Shown here piece by piece: positions 23,155 through 36,074 of a stretch of DNA of 64,000 nt. The DNA is from Camelus dromedarius (Eukaryota). A program made the translations under genes and the position numbers. The DNA is taken from the NCBI RefSeq assembly GCF_036321535.1, contig NC_087437.1, positions 100,690,001 through 100,754,000 of the forward strand, given 5' to 3'. Each line of letters opens with the position of its first letter. The stretch's first letter is position 1. The notes beneath the pieces are model-generated. The model was not told where the DNA came from and ran no database searches. It saw nothing but the letters and a program-made list of their open reading frames with translations.

Positions 23155-23666
23155 TGTAAGGCCTCAACTTGAAGCTTAGTATTGTGTGCTGCCTTGACAT
23201 TTGGGGACATCAGGAGGGCTCATTCAGTCCAACTCCAAGTCCCCCACCACTAGCACTCTGCTCCTGTTGGATGAGGTCTCCTAGCCAAACAACCCTCCAT
23301 ATGAAGGAGACCAGGCACAATTCCTGCTTATCTCTGAGTAGCCAGTTTCAGTTCCCTGCCAGCCTGAGGAATTATTCAGACAAGCCAATCACATCCTCCC
23401 CCAGGAACTGGAAGGCACCTCACTGTCTTGATAGTAGAAAATCTGCCTCCTAAAACCCCTGGCCATTCATTCTGTTCCTGGGTGCAGTCCTGTGTGACCC
23501 TCCATGATATGCACCGTCCTCCTCCCTCCCAGGTGTAAGTATATGTGACTGATACACTGCTGTCAGTCTCATCTGTGCAGGGTCAGGAGTCATGTTTGGC
23601 CAACCCCATTCCCCTAAGGCTGGAATGCCTCCCTCATAAAGGGGGTGGTTAGGAGGTGATCAGACA
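23155..23666 (+). mobile_element. ERVL solo LTR (MER73/MER54-like)
   Basis: Bounded by TG...CA. Contains aagcttagtattgtgtgctgccttgacat, cctagccaaacaaccctcc and caagccaatcacatcctccc, recalled from this LTR group. Confidence 0.8.
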
Positions 23667-24169
23667 GGTGATATGATGCTTCTTTGCTGCCCACCTCATG
23701 GACTCTCTTTGACCCTTCCCCAACATGCTACTGCCCAACATCCTTGGGCATCTTGATATGTTACTGCTAACCTTGTACTTGGAAAGATGCACCTCTTGTA
23801 TCTTTTCCCTGAGGGTCAAACACATCATCTAGCTGATACCATAAACACCTCTGGTCCTGTGTGCTCAAATGTATTTTAACTATGCCTTTGCAAAAACACG
23901 ATAGCTACCTTAGAGCTAACCCATCAGTGGGATAGTTTTTTAAGATTAAAAAAAAATTCTAAGCATTTCAATGGTAAGAATTTTAAGTGTACACTATCAG
24001 GAGGGTTGTTGGAAAGCTGATGTACCTGAAAGCACATAGAAAGAAATGGTCTGCTTTGCATGCAACCAAACCCTTTGAAGATGTTTTGGACATTTGGTGA
24101 TCAAACCAGTGGAAGAAAGGTAGAAAAGGGAAAGTGAATAATGTTCTGAATAAATCACAACAGCTAAAA

Positions 24170-24795
24170 TTTACCAAGGACTTACATGTACCATGATCTA
24201 AGACTTTTGCATGCATTTGCCCATTTAGTTCTCACACTAAACTTCTGACGCAGGTACAATTATCATAGATTAAAAATAAAACAAAAGCAAAAACCCCAAG
24301 ACACAGAGAGTTAAATAAATAAGTTGACTGTGACTAGCAAGCGGTAGAGATGAAGTTTGGAAGTTATAAATCTATCTAAATCCAGATCTAGGATCTTGAC
24401 AGACACACTGCCCTGCAGCAACTATCCATGCACACGCATGTGTGGTGAGTCACAAACCAAGAATGTCACACTGATTTGCAGCTCTACCACTTATGAGTGA
24501 TGCAGTCTTGAACTAAGTGCCTGCTCTCTCTGAACTGATTTCCTCTTTAATGATAAAAAAATCAGCAAACAAAAAGCACCTTAGAGGGCTGTTATAAGGA
24601 AATAATTTAAGTTAATGCACATGGGATGTTTCAGTTGTTAAATGAACGTTTATTTCTAACTTCCTCTTTATTCACTTAGTCATAAACTCAATGAATATTT
24701 TCAGAGCCCCTAATATGTGCTGGTTACTTGTTCTGCTACTTAGAGTACATCAGCAAAAAAGCAAAGAGCCCTGCTCTCATTCAGTTTTTACACTG
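24170..24795. mobile_element. Cluster of two MIR fragments and an L2 3' end fragment
   Basis: MIR-like agagttaaataa...gactagcaagcggtagag and gctctaccacttatgagtgatgcagtcttgaactaagt...agggctgttataagga; L2-like tcaatgaatattttcagagcccctaatatgtgc. Confidence 0.55.
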
Positions 24796-24796
24796 T

Positions 24797-24915
24797 TCAC
24801 CAGATAAATTCCGAATGGGTCAGAGTCAAACGTAAAATATAAAACCATATAATAACTAGAAGAAAACATAAGTGAATACTTCTGTAATCTAAAAGTGGAG
24901 GGAACATTTCTCGCT
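24797..24915 (+). mobile_element. Old L1 (L1M) ORF2 fragment
   Basis: ataaattccgaatgggtcagagtcaaacgtaaaa...actagaagaaaacataagtgaatacttctgtaatct corresponds to the [11 protein letters not shown]...LEENIGE segment. It ends abruptly at the next L1. Confidence 0.65.
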
Positions 24916-24918
24916 GTG

Positions 24919-27900
24919 ATCTGTAGATTGCCTTGGGCAGTATGGCCATTTTAGCAATATTAATTCTTCCAATCCAAGAGCATGGGGTATCTTTCCATTT
25001 CTTTAAGTCATCTTTAATTTCCTTAGTCAATGTTTTGTAATTATCTGCGTGTAAGTCTTTCACTGCCTTGGTCAGATTTATTCCTAAGTACTTTATTGTT
25101 TTGGGTGAAATTTTAAAAGGGATTGTTTCTTTACTTTCTTTTCCTGCTATTTCATTGTTTGTGTAGAGAAATACAACTGATTTCTGTATTTTAATCTTAT
25201 ATCCTGCTACTTTGCTAAATTCTTTTATCAGCTCTAGGAGTTTCCGTTTGGAGCTTATAGGGTTTTCTTTATATAGTATCATGCCATCCACATATAGTGA
25301 CAATTTTACCTCTTATCTTCCAGTTTGAATCCCTTTTATTTCTTTTTCTTGGCTCAGTGCTGTGGCTAGGACTTCCAAGACTCTCTTGACTAGAAATGGT
25401 GAGAGTGGGCATTCTTGTCTTTTCCAGATTTTAGTGGGGGAGAATTTCAGTTTTTCATTGTTGAGTATTATGCTGGCTGTGGATTTGTCATAAATAACTT
25501 ATTATTTTGAGATATGCTCCCTCTATGCCCACTTTGGTAAGAGTGTTATCACAAATGGTGTTGAATTTTATCAAATGCTTTTTCTGTATCTTTTGAGGTG
25601 ATCATGTGATTTTTGTCCTTTCTTTTGTTGATGTGATGGATCACATTGATTGATTTGCATGTGTTGAACCATCCTTGTGTCCCTGGGATGAATCCAGCTT
25701 GATCAGGGTGTTTGATATTTTTTATGTGTTGTTGGATTCTGTTTGGTAATATTTTGTTGAGGATTTTTGCATCTATTTTCATCAGTGATATTGGCCTATA
25801 ATTTTCTTTTTGGTAGTGTCTTTGCCTGGTTTTGGTATGAGGGTGATGGTGGCTTCACAGAATGATTTTGGGAGTACTCCCTCCTTTTCAATCTTTTGGA
25901 AGAATTTGAGGAGGATAATTATGAGCTCTTCTTTGTATGTTTGATGGAATTTCCCAGTGAAGCCAACTGGTCCTGGACTTTTATTTGTAGGGAGGTTTTT
26001 TATTGCTGATTCTATTTCATTTCTAGTGATTGGTCTGTTCAAGGGGTCAGTTTCTTCTTGATTCAGTCTTGGTGGATTGTATGTTTCCAGAAACTCATCC
26101 ATTTCTTCTAGGTTGTACAATTTGTTTCCATATAGTTGTTCATAGTGTTCTCTTATGGTTTTTTGTATTTCTATGGTATTGGTTGTAATTTCTCCATTTT
26201 CCTTTCTTATTTTTTAATTAATGTTCTCTCTTTTTTCTTCCTGGGGAGCCTGGCCAGAGGTTTGTCAATTTTGTTTACTCTTTCAAAAAACCAGCTCTTG
26301 GTTTGATTAATTTTTTTTTTTTTAAATCTCTATGTTATTTTTTTCCTCCCTGATCTTTATTATTTCCTTCCTTCTGCTGACTTTAGGTTTTGTTTACTCT
26401 TATTTTTCTAATTCTTTTAGGTGATAGGTTAGGTTGTTTACTTGAGATTGTTCTTGTTTCTTGAGGAAGGCCTGCATCGCTATGAACTTCCCTCTAAGGA
26501 CTGCTTTTGCTGCATCCCATAGATTTTGTATGATTGTGTTTTCATTGTCATTTGTCTCAAAGTATTTTTTAATTTCTTCTTTGATTTTATGATTGACCCA
26601 TTGGTTTTTGGTAGCATGTTTCTAGTTTCACGGCATTGTGGTAAGAAAAGATGCTTGAAATAGTTTCTATCCTCTTAAATTTTTTGAGGCTTCTTTTGTG
26701 CCCAAGTACATGGTCTATCCTAGAGAATGTTCCATGCACACTTGAAAAGAATGTATATTCTGTTTTTTTGGTATGTAATGTCCTAAAAATATCAACCAAG
26801 TCCAACTGTTCTATTGTGTCATTTGGCATCTCTGTTGCCTTATTGATTTTCTGTCTGGAAGATTGTCTAATGATGTTAATAGGGTATTAAGTCTCCTACT
26901 ATGATTGTGTTCCCATCAATTTCTCCCTTTATGTCTGTTAGTATTTGCTTTATGTATTTAGGTGCTCCTGTATTAGGTACATATATGTTAATGAATGTAA
27001 TATCCGCATCTTGCATTGCTCCTTTAATCATTACATAGTGTCTGTCCTTCTTTATCTTTATGGCCTTTGTTTTAAAGTCTATTTTGTCTGAAATCAATAT
27101 TGCTACCCCTGCTTTCTTGTAATTTCCATTTGCATGAAATATCTTTTTCTGTTCTCTCACTGCCAGTCTATGTGTGTATTTCATCCTCAAGTGGGTCTCT
27201 TGTATGCAGCATATTGTAGGTTCTTGTTTTGTTATCCAGTCTGCCACTCTATGTCTTTTGATTGCAGCATTTAGTCCATTGACATTTATGGTAATTATTG
27301 ATAGATGTCTGTTTATTGCCATTTTGAACTTAGTTTTCCAGTTGATTTGGTATTTCCTCTTTGTTCCTTTCTTTTTCTTTTGTCTTTTTGTGGTTTGATA
27401 ATTTTCTTTTGTATTATCTTGGTTTCTTTTTTGTTTTTGTGACTCTATTGTATGCTTTTGATTTCTAGTTACCCTGTTTTTCAAGTATATTAACCCATTA
27501 CTATATCTGTTTGCTTTAAACTGATAATCATATAAGCTCAAACGCATCCTAAAAAGAATGAAAAGAAGAAAAAAATCTATATTTTCTTGCTCTCCCCTCC
27601 CACCTTTAATAATTTTGATGTCCTCTTTTACATCTTCATGCTTATTCTATTGCAATTCATTGCAGTTATTGCAATTCCAATTATGGTTTTCTCCTTTCTA
27701 TAGAGGCCTGATTCTTTTCTATTTAGAGTAGACCTTTCAATATTTGTTTTAGCATAGGTTTAGTATTGATGAATTCTTTTAGTTTTTGTCTGTGAAATTA
27801 AAAAAAAAATTTTTTTTAAGGGCAGTACTGGGCATTGAACCCAGGACCTTGCGCAGGTTAGGGATGTACTCTACAACTGAGCTATACCCTCCCCCACTGT

Positions 27901-28006
27901 TTGTGAAATTCTTTATCTCTCCTTCTATTCTAAAGGAGAGTCTTGCTGGATACAGTATACTAGAATGCAGCTTTCCTCAATCAGGACTTTGAATATATCT
28001 TACCAC
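24919..28006 (-). mobile_element. Internal L1 fragment (ORF1 3' end, spacer, ORF2 EN-RT), truncated at both ends, older subfamily
   Basis: Colinear with the 15468-18494 part of the full-length copy. ORF2 ATG at 27322 and ORF1 stop at 27723-27725. Multiple frameshifts and an internal deletion of roughly 50 bp near 26620. No poly(A) and no TSD. Confidence 0.93.
27800..27897 (-). mobile_element. Camelid tRNA-Ala-derived SINE (Vic-1 type) inserted in L1 ORF1
   Basis: Minus strand reads GGGGGAGGGTATAGCTCAGTTGTAGAG...GGTCCTGGGTTCAATGCCCAGTAC plus an A-tail, with A and B boxes. TSD tgt(c/t)tgtgaaatt at 27787-27799 and 27898-27910. Confidence 0.9.
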
Positions 28007-28285
28007 ATACACATACCACATCTTCTTTATCCAGTCATCTGTCGATGAATATTTGGATTGTTTCCATGTCTTCGCTATTGTGAATAGTGCTGCTGTGAAC
28101 ACTGGGGTGCATGTGTCTTTTCAAATTACATTTTTATCCAGGTATATGCCCAGGAGTGGGATTGCTGGATCATATGGTAAGTCTATTTTTAGTTTTTTAA
28201 GGAACCCTCACACTGTTCTCCATAGTGGCTATACCAATTTCCATTCCCACCAACAGTGTAGGAGGGTTCCTTTTTCTCCACACCC
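28007..28285 (-). mobile_element. L1 ORF2 C-terminal fragment fused out of order upstream of the ORF1 fragment
   Basis: Homologous to ~14288-14563 (the LHCWWE...[13 protein letters not shown]...WIKKMWY segment). Confidence 0.88.
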
Positions 28286-28344
28286 GGGATAATCTTGCTT
28301 TTGATTGTACTATACATTATATTAAATTGAATTAGCCTTTGCTG

Positions 28345-28470
28345 TGTAATATACCATTATCACAGGAGTGATATTCCATCATATTCATAGGCTCTGCTCA
28401 TACTGAAGGAGAGGGGCTTATACAAGGCCAAGGATGATTGGGGTTTATTTTAGAATTCTGCTTACTAAAA
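28345..28470 (-). mobile_element. MLT1E-like MaLR LTR fragment
   Basis: atcacaggagtgatattccatcatattcatagg...ttagaattctgcttact is the reverse complement of the MLT1E-type 5' end. Confidence 0.65.
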
Positions 28471-28499
28471 TTACATTTTGAGGATGCTAGGGAATGAAT

Positions 28500-28960
28500 C
28501 CATTTTTAAATCTGATTAAAAAAGAATTAAACATTTATACTACCTTTCTAAATAAATTACTTTTCCACCTTTTTAACAAACTATTTTTTTGCCTAATCAA
28601 ATATTTGATGAGAGAGAGTTTCTCTTTATGAAAGTATTCCATCAAATAAAAGAAAAAGGAGTGAGAGAAGAGATGAAATCATCATTCAGTAAACTCTAAT
28701 GAATTAATTAATATAGGAACATATCATCAAACAGTGTTAACATACAAAAAGAGAGACAACTAGACATCATATGCTTCCTGAAGAACAACACAACACACAT
28801 GAATTGGACTTGCCAAAGAAACTGAACCTGAATTTGATCAAGCTTCTAGGTCTCACCGCCAATACGTAGGAAGTACAGGCACCAAAGAACCATGGCATAT
28901 GCCATCACAGGGAAAGTTAGCAAAATCTGTTCTGTAAAGAGCTCTAGAGAACTCAACAAG
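28500..28960 (+). mobile_element. L1MC-like 3'UTR fragment
   Basis: gagagacaactagacatcatatgcttcctga...cttgccaaagaaactgaacctgaatttgatcaagcttctagg. Confidence 0.65.
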
Positions 28961-29045
28961 CAAATTGGAAGTTTTGTTTTTAAAAAACATGTTTATTTTT
29001 GTTCTGACTCATAGAAAATTTAGAAAATACAAAAAAAAAAAAAAA

Positions 29046-29397
29046 GATTCCACTTATATGTGGAATCTGAAAAAAAGGGCACAAATGAACTTACTTACAA
29101 AACAGAGACAGACTCACAGACATGGAAAACAAACATACAGTTACCAGGAGAGCCAAGTGGTAAGGAATGATAAATTGGGAGTTGGAATTTGTAGATACAA
29201 ACTACCATATATAAAAGATAAACAACAAGTTCCTACTGTATAGTACAGAGAACTATATTGAATACCTTGTAATGGCCTATAATGAAAAAGAATATGAAAG
29301 CAAATATATATATATTTATAAATGAATCACTATGCTGTACACCAGAAATTAACCTAACATTGTAAATCAACTATACTTTAATTAAAGAAAAGAAAAT
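29046..29397 (+). mobile_element. 5'-truncated cetartiodactyl-type L1 3' end, inserted in an A-run of an older L1ME-like fragment
   Basis: cacttatatgtggaatctgaaaaaaagggcacaaatgaactta...cagactcacagac...tgctgtacaccagaaattaacctaacattgtaaatcaactatact followed by an A-rich tail. Confidence 0.85.
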
Positions 29398-29589
29398 TCA
29401 CCCACAAGTCCACCACCCAGACACAATGCTTATTAACATTTCTATGTATTTCCTTATGATCACACATACTCTTACAAACACACATACTTCCTTTATGATA
29501 TGTTAGGTCTTTACAAATAGTGTTAGAATCTGGTTTATTGTTCCTTCAAGATTGTACTAATAGAGCACTGGTGTGATCATTTGAGCTTT

Positions 29590-30045
29590 AAATACTTTTA
29601 CAATTTGAGATATAACCCACATGGCATAAAATTCACTCTTTTAAAGTGGATAGTTGTGTTTTTCAACATTTTTACAAACTTGAGCAACCACCACCACTAT
29701 CTAATTCCAGCACATTTTCATCATTCCCAAAAGAAAACCTTTACTCATTAGCTGTCAGTCCCTATCTCCCCTTCCCAGCCCCTGGCAAACTCTAATGTAC
29801 TTTCTATTTCTCTGGATTTGCCTATTCTGCACATTCTTATAAATGTAATCATACATAAAGTAGCTTTTTATGCTTGACTTCTTTCGCTTAGCATAGTATT
29901 TTCAAGATTCATCAACGGGTGTGTTCATCCATTAGTGCTTCATTCCTTTTGATGGCTGAACAGTATCCCATTGTATAAATAGACCACATTTTGTTTACCT
30001 GTTACCAATTGGTAGACATTAGGTTGTTTTTTACTTTTTTTAAAA
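29590..30045 (-). mobile_element. Old L1 3' end (L1MB-like)
   Basis: gagatataacccacatggcataaaattcactcttttaaagtg...ccagcccctggcaaactctaatgtactttc...ttcctttttgatggctgaacagtatcccattgta. Confidence 0.8.
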
Positions 30046-30119
30046 AACAATTAACATACTAAGTATAATTGGATACTATTTTAGCAGGGGATAAGGTACT
30101 AGGACTGCAGTATCTCCTA

Positions 30120-30480
30120 AGAGGATCAATTATATGTGCACATATGTAGCAAAATATATTTCCACATATCACCTGTTATACACACACACACATATGTACA
30201 TATATATGTACTTGTATACATATATGATAACATTTTCATAACTCTTATTTGGAAAATTATTTTAATGTTTTCATCCTTAGTAAGGACAATGCTATGGAAA
30301 TCATTGTAGACTTATAAAACTGTGTAATACTTCTAGCCTTCTAAATGTGAAATGGGATGCATTTATTCTTAATATAAATAATTTAGGCCCTGTTTAATAG
30401 TTTTACATCATTTACCTCTTCCATGTGGTGCCAAATTTAGCCACACGACTATATATATATATATATATATACACACACAA
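30120..30480. repeat. Low-complexity (TA/CA)n tracts
   Basis: (CA)n at ~30179-30193 and (TA)n(CA)n at ~30450-30479. Confidence 0.75.
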
Positions 30481-31328
30481 ATGAAGATATTCGAAATATA
30501 TTTATTAAACAAATTTGCTTTATATCTTACTGGATTTTCTCTAGTGTTGATTGCTGTATATTGCACAGCATAAGGAATGAAAAAAAGAGAAAACAACACT
30601 GGGTTTATTTTAATAAAATTCTAGCTCATAAAACATACTAATAAAAATAATTTTTATTTTAATAAAATTAAGTCTCTTATTAAAACTCACCAAAATCTTG
30701 ACAAAGAACAGATTTTTATTTTTAGACATGCACCATTACTTTATGAAATTGCTTTTGTTTTATTGTTCTGTTATTCCAATACTAAATTGACATTTTCTGT
30801 GACAAGCCTTATTAATTTGCAGGAGTTATTCCTTCTGGCAGCATATATTCAGAATGCACGGTATGAGAAGGGGTAAGGGGGTTAGAGAAAAACGGAAGTG
30901 AATTGAATAATTTAATGTATGAAAAAAGAAAATGTTATGCAACAGCACCAGAGGAAATTCCATGAATTTGAATAATAGATATAATAGATGGTGAAGGTTT
31001 TTGAGTTCTTTAGAATATTAGCATCTCTGTAATAGAGCTTGAGACTTGGAAAGGACCCTAACAGTTCATCTGGCATTGCCTTACTTTCAACAGAGCCTCA
31101 AATAAAGTAACTTCGGCAGAAGTAAAAATCCATTAAAAATCCTCTGCAGCAGGACATTCATCAAACTCTCCCTATGGGCCACTTATCTTTGGGGAAATCA
31201 TATTTGGATACATTTCTGATAATACTGAAATGGTGTGATGTTCCTGGAATGTGACTGATGAATGCCTGGCAGTTGCAAAGCAAAAATATATATACATCAT
31301 GTTGGGCAATAAATGAAACTCTAGCATT

Positions 31329-31361
31329 GTGTGTGTGTGTGCACGTGCGTGTGTGTGTGTG
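31329..31361. repeat. Imperfect (TG)n microsatellite
   Basis: tgtgtgtgtgtgtgcacgtgcgtgtgtgtgtgtg. Confidence 0.9.
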
Positions 31362-31549
31362 ATACAAATAGACCCTGCATTTCTATGGCAGAGATCTTTT
31401 TAACTAAACATAATTTGGAAAGCCAAGGAGTTTTCTTTCTACACACAGATTTTCACTGCAGCAAGGAGATGGAATAGAGAGCAAATTGGTATCTGTGTCT
31501 TAATCTGTATTTTTTTTCCAGCTATGGTTTCTTTTTTATGTGATCAAGT

Positions 31550-31745
31550 CCATGATGGGTAGTAAATAACCCAAATATTTACTTAAGTTCTTTTAACTTC
31601 AACTTCCTCATTTGTAAAATGAAAATAATAAAAGTATCTTTGTTTGAGGGTTATTTTAACAATTAAGTTAGATAATTATTATAAAATTTTTAATACCATG
31701 TCTGGCACATAGGGAGTGCTCAATAAATGTTAGTTACCATTTTTT
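31550..31745 (+). mobile_element. MIR SINE
   Basis: cttcaacttcctcatttgtaaaatgaaaataataaaagtatct...tgtctggcacatagggagtgctcaataaatgttagtta. Confidence 0.8.
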
Positions 31746-32354
31746 TTATTATTCCTATTGCTCACTGTCATCCACACAGGTCACTGGCAAGACATCCCGT
31801 CTTCTCTCCATCTTTGTGCATAACTGAAGCAGCTTAACTAGTAAAATGGACATTATAACAGCCTGAGGTGTTTCTATACTTTAAATAGGCTATAGAGTAG
31901 ATCTATGTGATAAAAAGCATTTTAGAAAGTCAGTCTTGCAGCTGAGGGGTGACAAGACTGCTTCCTGGGGACTCAGTCTACCTTCAGGTAAAAATGGATT
32001 CATCCATTCATTCAATACTCAACGGTGTGTAGCATGAGGAGCCACACTAGCTTGGCCATAGTAACAGGCATTAACCAATCTGTTTGAAAAAAATCTATTC
32101 TTTAAATTAGCTGAGAGAAGCACAAGATCGAATTGTAAAAAAGATTTATGATGTTATCTACACACTCCAGTTTGGCAAATGCTTTTCACATTATTAGGGA
32201 CAGGTAGAGATGGCGTGGTTCCCAAAGAAGAGTGTTATTTGTCCCAACTATTTACATACTTACTGAATTCTTTCAAATATTGAAACACTTTGAAAGGTTT
32301 TTTGTTGTTGTGTTTGGTCTTCCTTGTTTGTACTCCTATTCATTTTGTTAGCAA

Positions 32355-32690
32355 ATCTTGGTCAGCAAGGGCTGCCGTAACAAAATATCATAGACAGAGT
32401 GACTTACATTGTAAAAATTTATTTTCTCACAGTTTTGGAGGCTGAGATCTGAGATCAGGGGCCTGCCTGGTCACGTTCTGGTGGTGGCTCACATATTTCT
32501 CGGTGTGTGCTCGTGTGCTGGGGTCAGCTCTCTGGTGTCTCTTCTTGTAAGGGCACTAATGTCATCAGACCAAGGCCCTGCCCTGCTGACCTGAGTACCT
32601 CCTAAGGTCTCATCTCTAAATACCAACACATTGAGGGCTAGGGCTTCAATCTATGAATTTTGGGAGGATACTGACGTTCAGTCCATAACA
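32355..32690 (-). mobile_element. MLT1A-like MaLR solo LTR
   Basis: gggctgccgtaacaaaatatcatagac...gggcttcaatctatgaattttgggaggatactgacgttcagtccataaca. Confidence 0.85.
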
Positions 32691-33611
32691 ATATCTGAAA
32701 ATAATGAAGTTGCAACATTTGTTGCTTTTTATTTGAGTCATTCACAAGTTGAGTCATTCCAGTGTAAATCTATTCTTAGAACTTTAGTATGCATTACAAT
32801 TTGTATTTATTTAATGTAACAATAAATTAGAATGTTGAAAGTGCTAATGTGTCGGCTTTGGATAAACAATTGAATTTTCACACAGGGAAATATACATACA
32901 GATACCATACATTATATATATACATATTCTTCTTCATAAATCTTTCACTGGTTCTTTAGCACCTTCATGATGAGGTTACCATTCTTTTGTAATCTAGATA
33001 TGCATGTGTTTCTTTTCCTGATGTTGCTGTTTTTATACTTAGATGATCTCTTCTTCCACTGTCATCTTATGGATCTCTTGGATACTATTGATAAACAGGG
33101 GTAACTTCACTTTATAATCTACCCGGTGAAGGGTGGAGGTGGTTTGGTGAGGCTGACACCCACTTCTGCAGTTGTACCTCTAAGTTTATCATCACTTCCT
33201 TAGGCCATCTTGCCTTTCTCATTTCCTTCAGAGTAAGCACACTGGACTACAATATAGATAATGCAGATCTCGGAACCAAAGGGCCACATTGCTCTCAGAA
33301 TGTCAGTACATGAGCTGAGGAACAAATATAGACATGGTATAGACTTAGTAGTCTTCTGTTTTATGAAAGTGAAAATCTTTTCAGACTAAAGCCAATAGTT
33401 CCTTTTACCTTTCCTTCCCTCATCAGCTATCCATTTAGATCCATCATGCTGGGGCTCTTATTCCCTCCCTCACGGTGCTTCACCTCTCTTACAAGAGGAG
33501 GAGACTCCACCTTAAGTCCTGGAAACTTGGATGACACTTTAAGATTCAGCCCAATACTAATGGATCTTTCTTCTGACTAAGCCATGAGGAGTCTAAGGGA
33601 ATCTAAGACAG

Positions 33612-33981
33612 TGTGTTAGTCCTTTCAGGCTGCTGTAAGGATACTTTAAGGAGGATGGCTTATTTATAAAACAACAGAAATGTATTTCTCACCGCTCTGG
33701 AGGCTGGGAAGCCGAAGATCAAAGCACCAGCAGATTCAGTACATGGTGAAGGCCAGTGTCCTGGTTCATAGATGGCTGTCTTGTTGCTCTGTCCTCACAT
33801 GTCAGAAGTGGCAAGGCAGCTCTCTGGGATCTCTTTCGTAACAGCACTAATCACATTTGTGAGGCTGTGCCCTAGTGACCGAATCTCCTCCCAAAGACCC
33901 CATCTCCTAACACCATCACACTGTGGGGTAGGATTTCAACACAAGAATTTGGGGGAGACACAAACATTCAATCTATAAGAG
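33612..33981 (-). mobile_element. MLT1A/MST-like MaLR solo LTR
   Basis: tgtgttagtcctttcaggctgctgtaa...ctggaggctgggaagccgaagatcaaagcaccagcagattc...gaatttgggggagacacaaacattcaatctata. Confidence 0.85.
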
Positions 33982-35440
33982 ATGGGAAGTTGTATTAATT
34001 TCAGTTCTGCCACTGGAGGGTGTGAGTCTTTATCAGGTAACCTAAGATGTAAATATAATGCATCGAGGCAAAAGTTTTTATGGAAAAAAAATCAAATTAG
34101 GAAAAATGTGGTTTTTTTTTTCCTTAGGAGCCTGGCTTTGATCTTGTTCTGTTTGAAAAATAGATTTTATCATTATTGTGAATACAAAGAATTTTACTTT
34201 TTCTTGACCAATCCAAGCAATGCTTGTATTATAAGAGAAATCATACTTAATGTAAGTAAATGATTCTTTCTCTCTCTTTTTTCTATTGGAGTGTGGTGGT
34301 ATCAGTTCTGATTAGAGTCTTTTGTCCTTATATAAGAGGAATGTTCCATTTTATCCCGTTGTACTTAGGTTCTCATTTAATCAAGTTTACAAATTGTTCT
34401 TTGCTAATCCTGTTGATGTAATTTTCTACCATTTTCACACATGCCCTCCCAGTTCCAGTATTTCAAGCTCCTAACAGTTCCTTATTATAAGCCCTTGATC
34501 CTTTCTATTTTCATGAGAAATCACTGAAATACAACATGAGATGAAACTCAAAAGAAGAAACAAAAGCAAAGTTGCTTTTGTGGAAGCAAGGAGTGACCCC
34601 AGCACTCCACCCAGTTATCTTCTTCCATCTCCAATGCATAGACTGTCATGTTCCTATTGAATCCTCTCCATTTGTCTCCTACTCCGTCATCTAGCCGGTT
34701 CCTTCTCTGACGTCAAGGTTTTCATTCTTGGAAGTCTTTTCTCACTTGCAGCCTTTCCTGAGAGGTCACAGCAGTCCAGCCTCCCTCTGTCACAGTACAT
34801 AGTGCTGCTCTGTTGGAGTGGGTTTTCTCTCACTAACCTAGGATCAGACAGTGTTTGAGAACAGGTATGCTTCATTCATTTTTGTCTTCCTTGTGCCTGG
34901 TGTGCTACTCAAGACATGGTAGGCATTCAGTAAGTATTTGCTGAATGAATTAATGGGTGAATGAGAGTTTCTAAAATTCCATCCCTGCCTTAAAGCATAT
35001 TTTCTGTGTATGTTAGCTTTACTTACACAAATAGAGTCAACTCTTGATTCTCCAACATTATGGAAGAAGAGGAATGAAATGCACAAGATTAAAATATTTT
35101 GATTTGGAATTAGAATTCACTTCTATTCTTACTGAGTAATTATCCTTGATTTTCTGGGAAGTGTCAATGTTTAATTCAAAATTGTTGAGCACCATTATAA
35201 AGCTGACTCAGAAAGGACTTGTATGCTGTCTAAGTTCACTGTATCCTCTTTCAAAACACTTCCCATGTCCCACACATCCTAGGGATGGGGAGCATTGTCT
35301 CTTAGATGAATGCTAATCACTACCCTAAAAGAATCCACCCCTGAATGTTCCATCTGGACCTTGAGACTTTCCCCAGGGAAACAATCATTTTGTTACAAGT
35401 TGCATTTTCACTTAGTAGCTTATCCTATGTTGGTGTTCAA

Positions 35441-35474
35441 GTGTGTGTGTGTGTGTGTGTGTGTGGTGGTGGTG
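35441..35474. repeat. (GT)n microsatellite followed by (GGT)n
   Basis: About 12 GT units followed by ggtggtggt. Confidence 0.9.
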
Positions 35475-35705
35475 GGGCTGATACATGCTGGGGCAGAAAG
35501 TGTGCAAAGTGTAGCTGTGTCAAATAGACTATTTACAGAGGAAGTTTACAGAGAGGCAGATACCCTCAATAAAAAAGTTACACACACACACACATATATA
35601 TTCCTATATGTATAAACATTTATATATGTATGTATATATGTGTGTGTAAAAAAATATATATATATAAAATGTACAAGTAGCTCTTGTCTAAATTGTTAGG
35701 GGCAC

Positions 35706-36074
35706 TGCTATTGACTAAATTTTGTCTTCCCTCAATTCTATGTTGAAGCCCTAGTCCCCAGTGAGATGGTATTTGTAGGTGGAGCCGTTGAGAGGTTGTT
35801 AGGTTTAGATGAGTTCCTGTTAGTGGAGCCCTTGTGGTGGGATTAACATCTTTATAAGAAGAGACACCAGAGAGCTTGCTTCCTCTCTCTCTGCCATGTG
35901 AGGACACAGCAAGTAGACAGACATCTAGAAGCCAGGAAGAAAGCCCTCACCAGCACCAGACCTTCTGGTACCCTAGTCTCGAGCTTCCCAGCCTCCAGAA
36001 ATGTGAGCGATAAGTGTCTGTTGTTTAAACCACCCAGTTTATAGTATTTTGCTACAGCAGCCAGAGTTAAGACA
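35706..36074 (+). mobile_element. MLT1A0-like MaLR solo LTR
   Basis: TG...CA: tgctattgactaaattttgtcttccctcaattctatgttgaagcccta...ccagcctccagaaatgtgag...tttgctacagcagccagagttaagaca. Confidence 0.88.
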
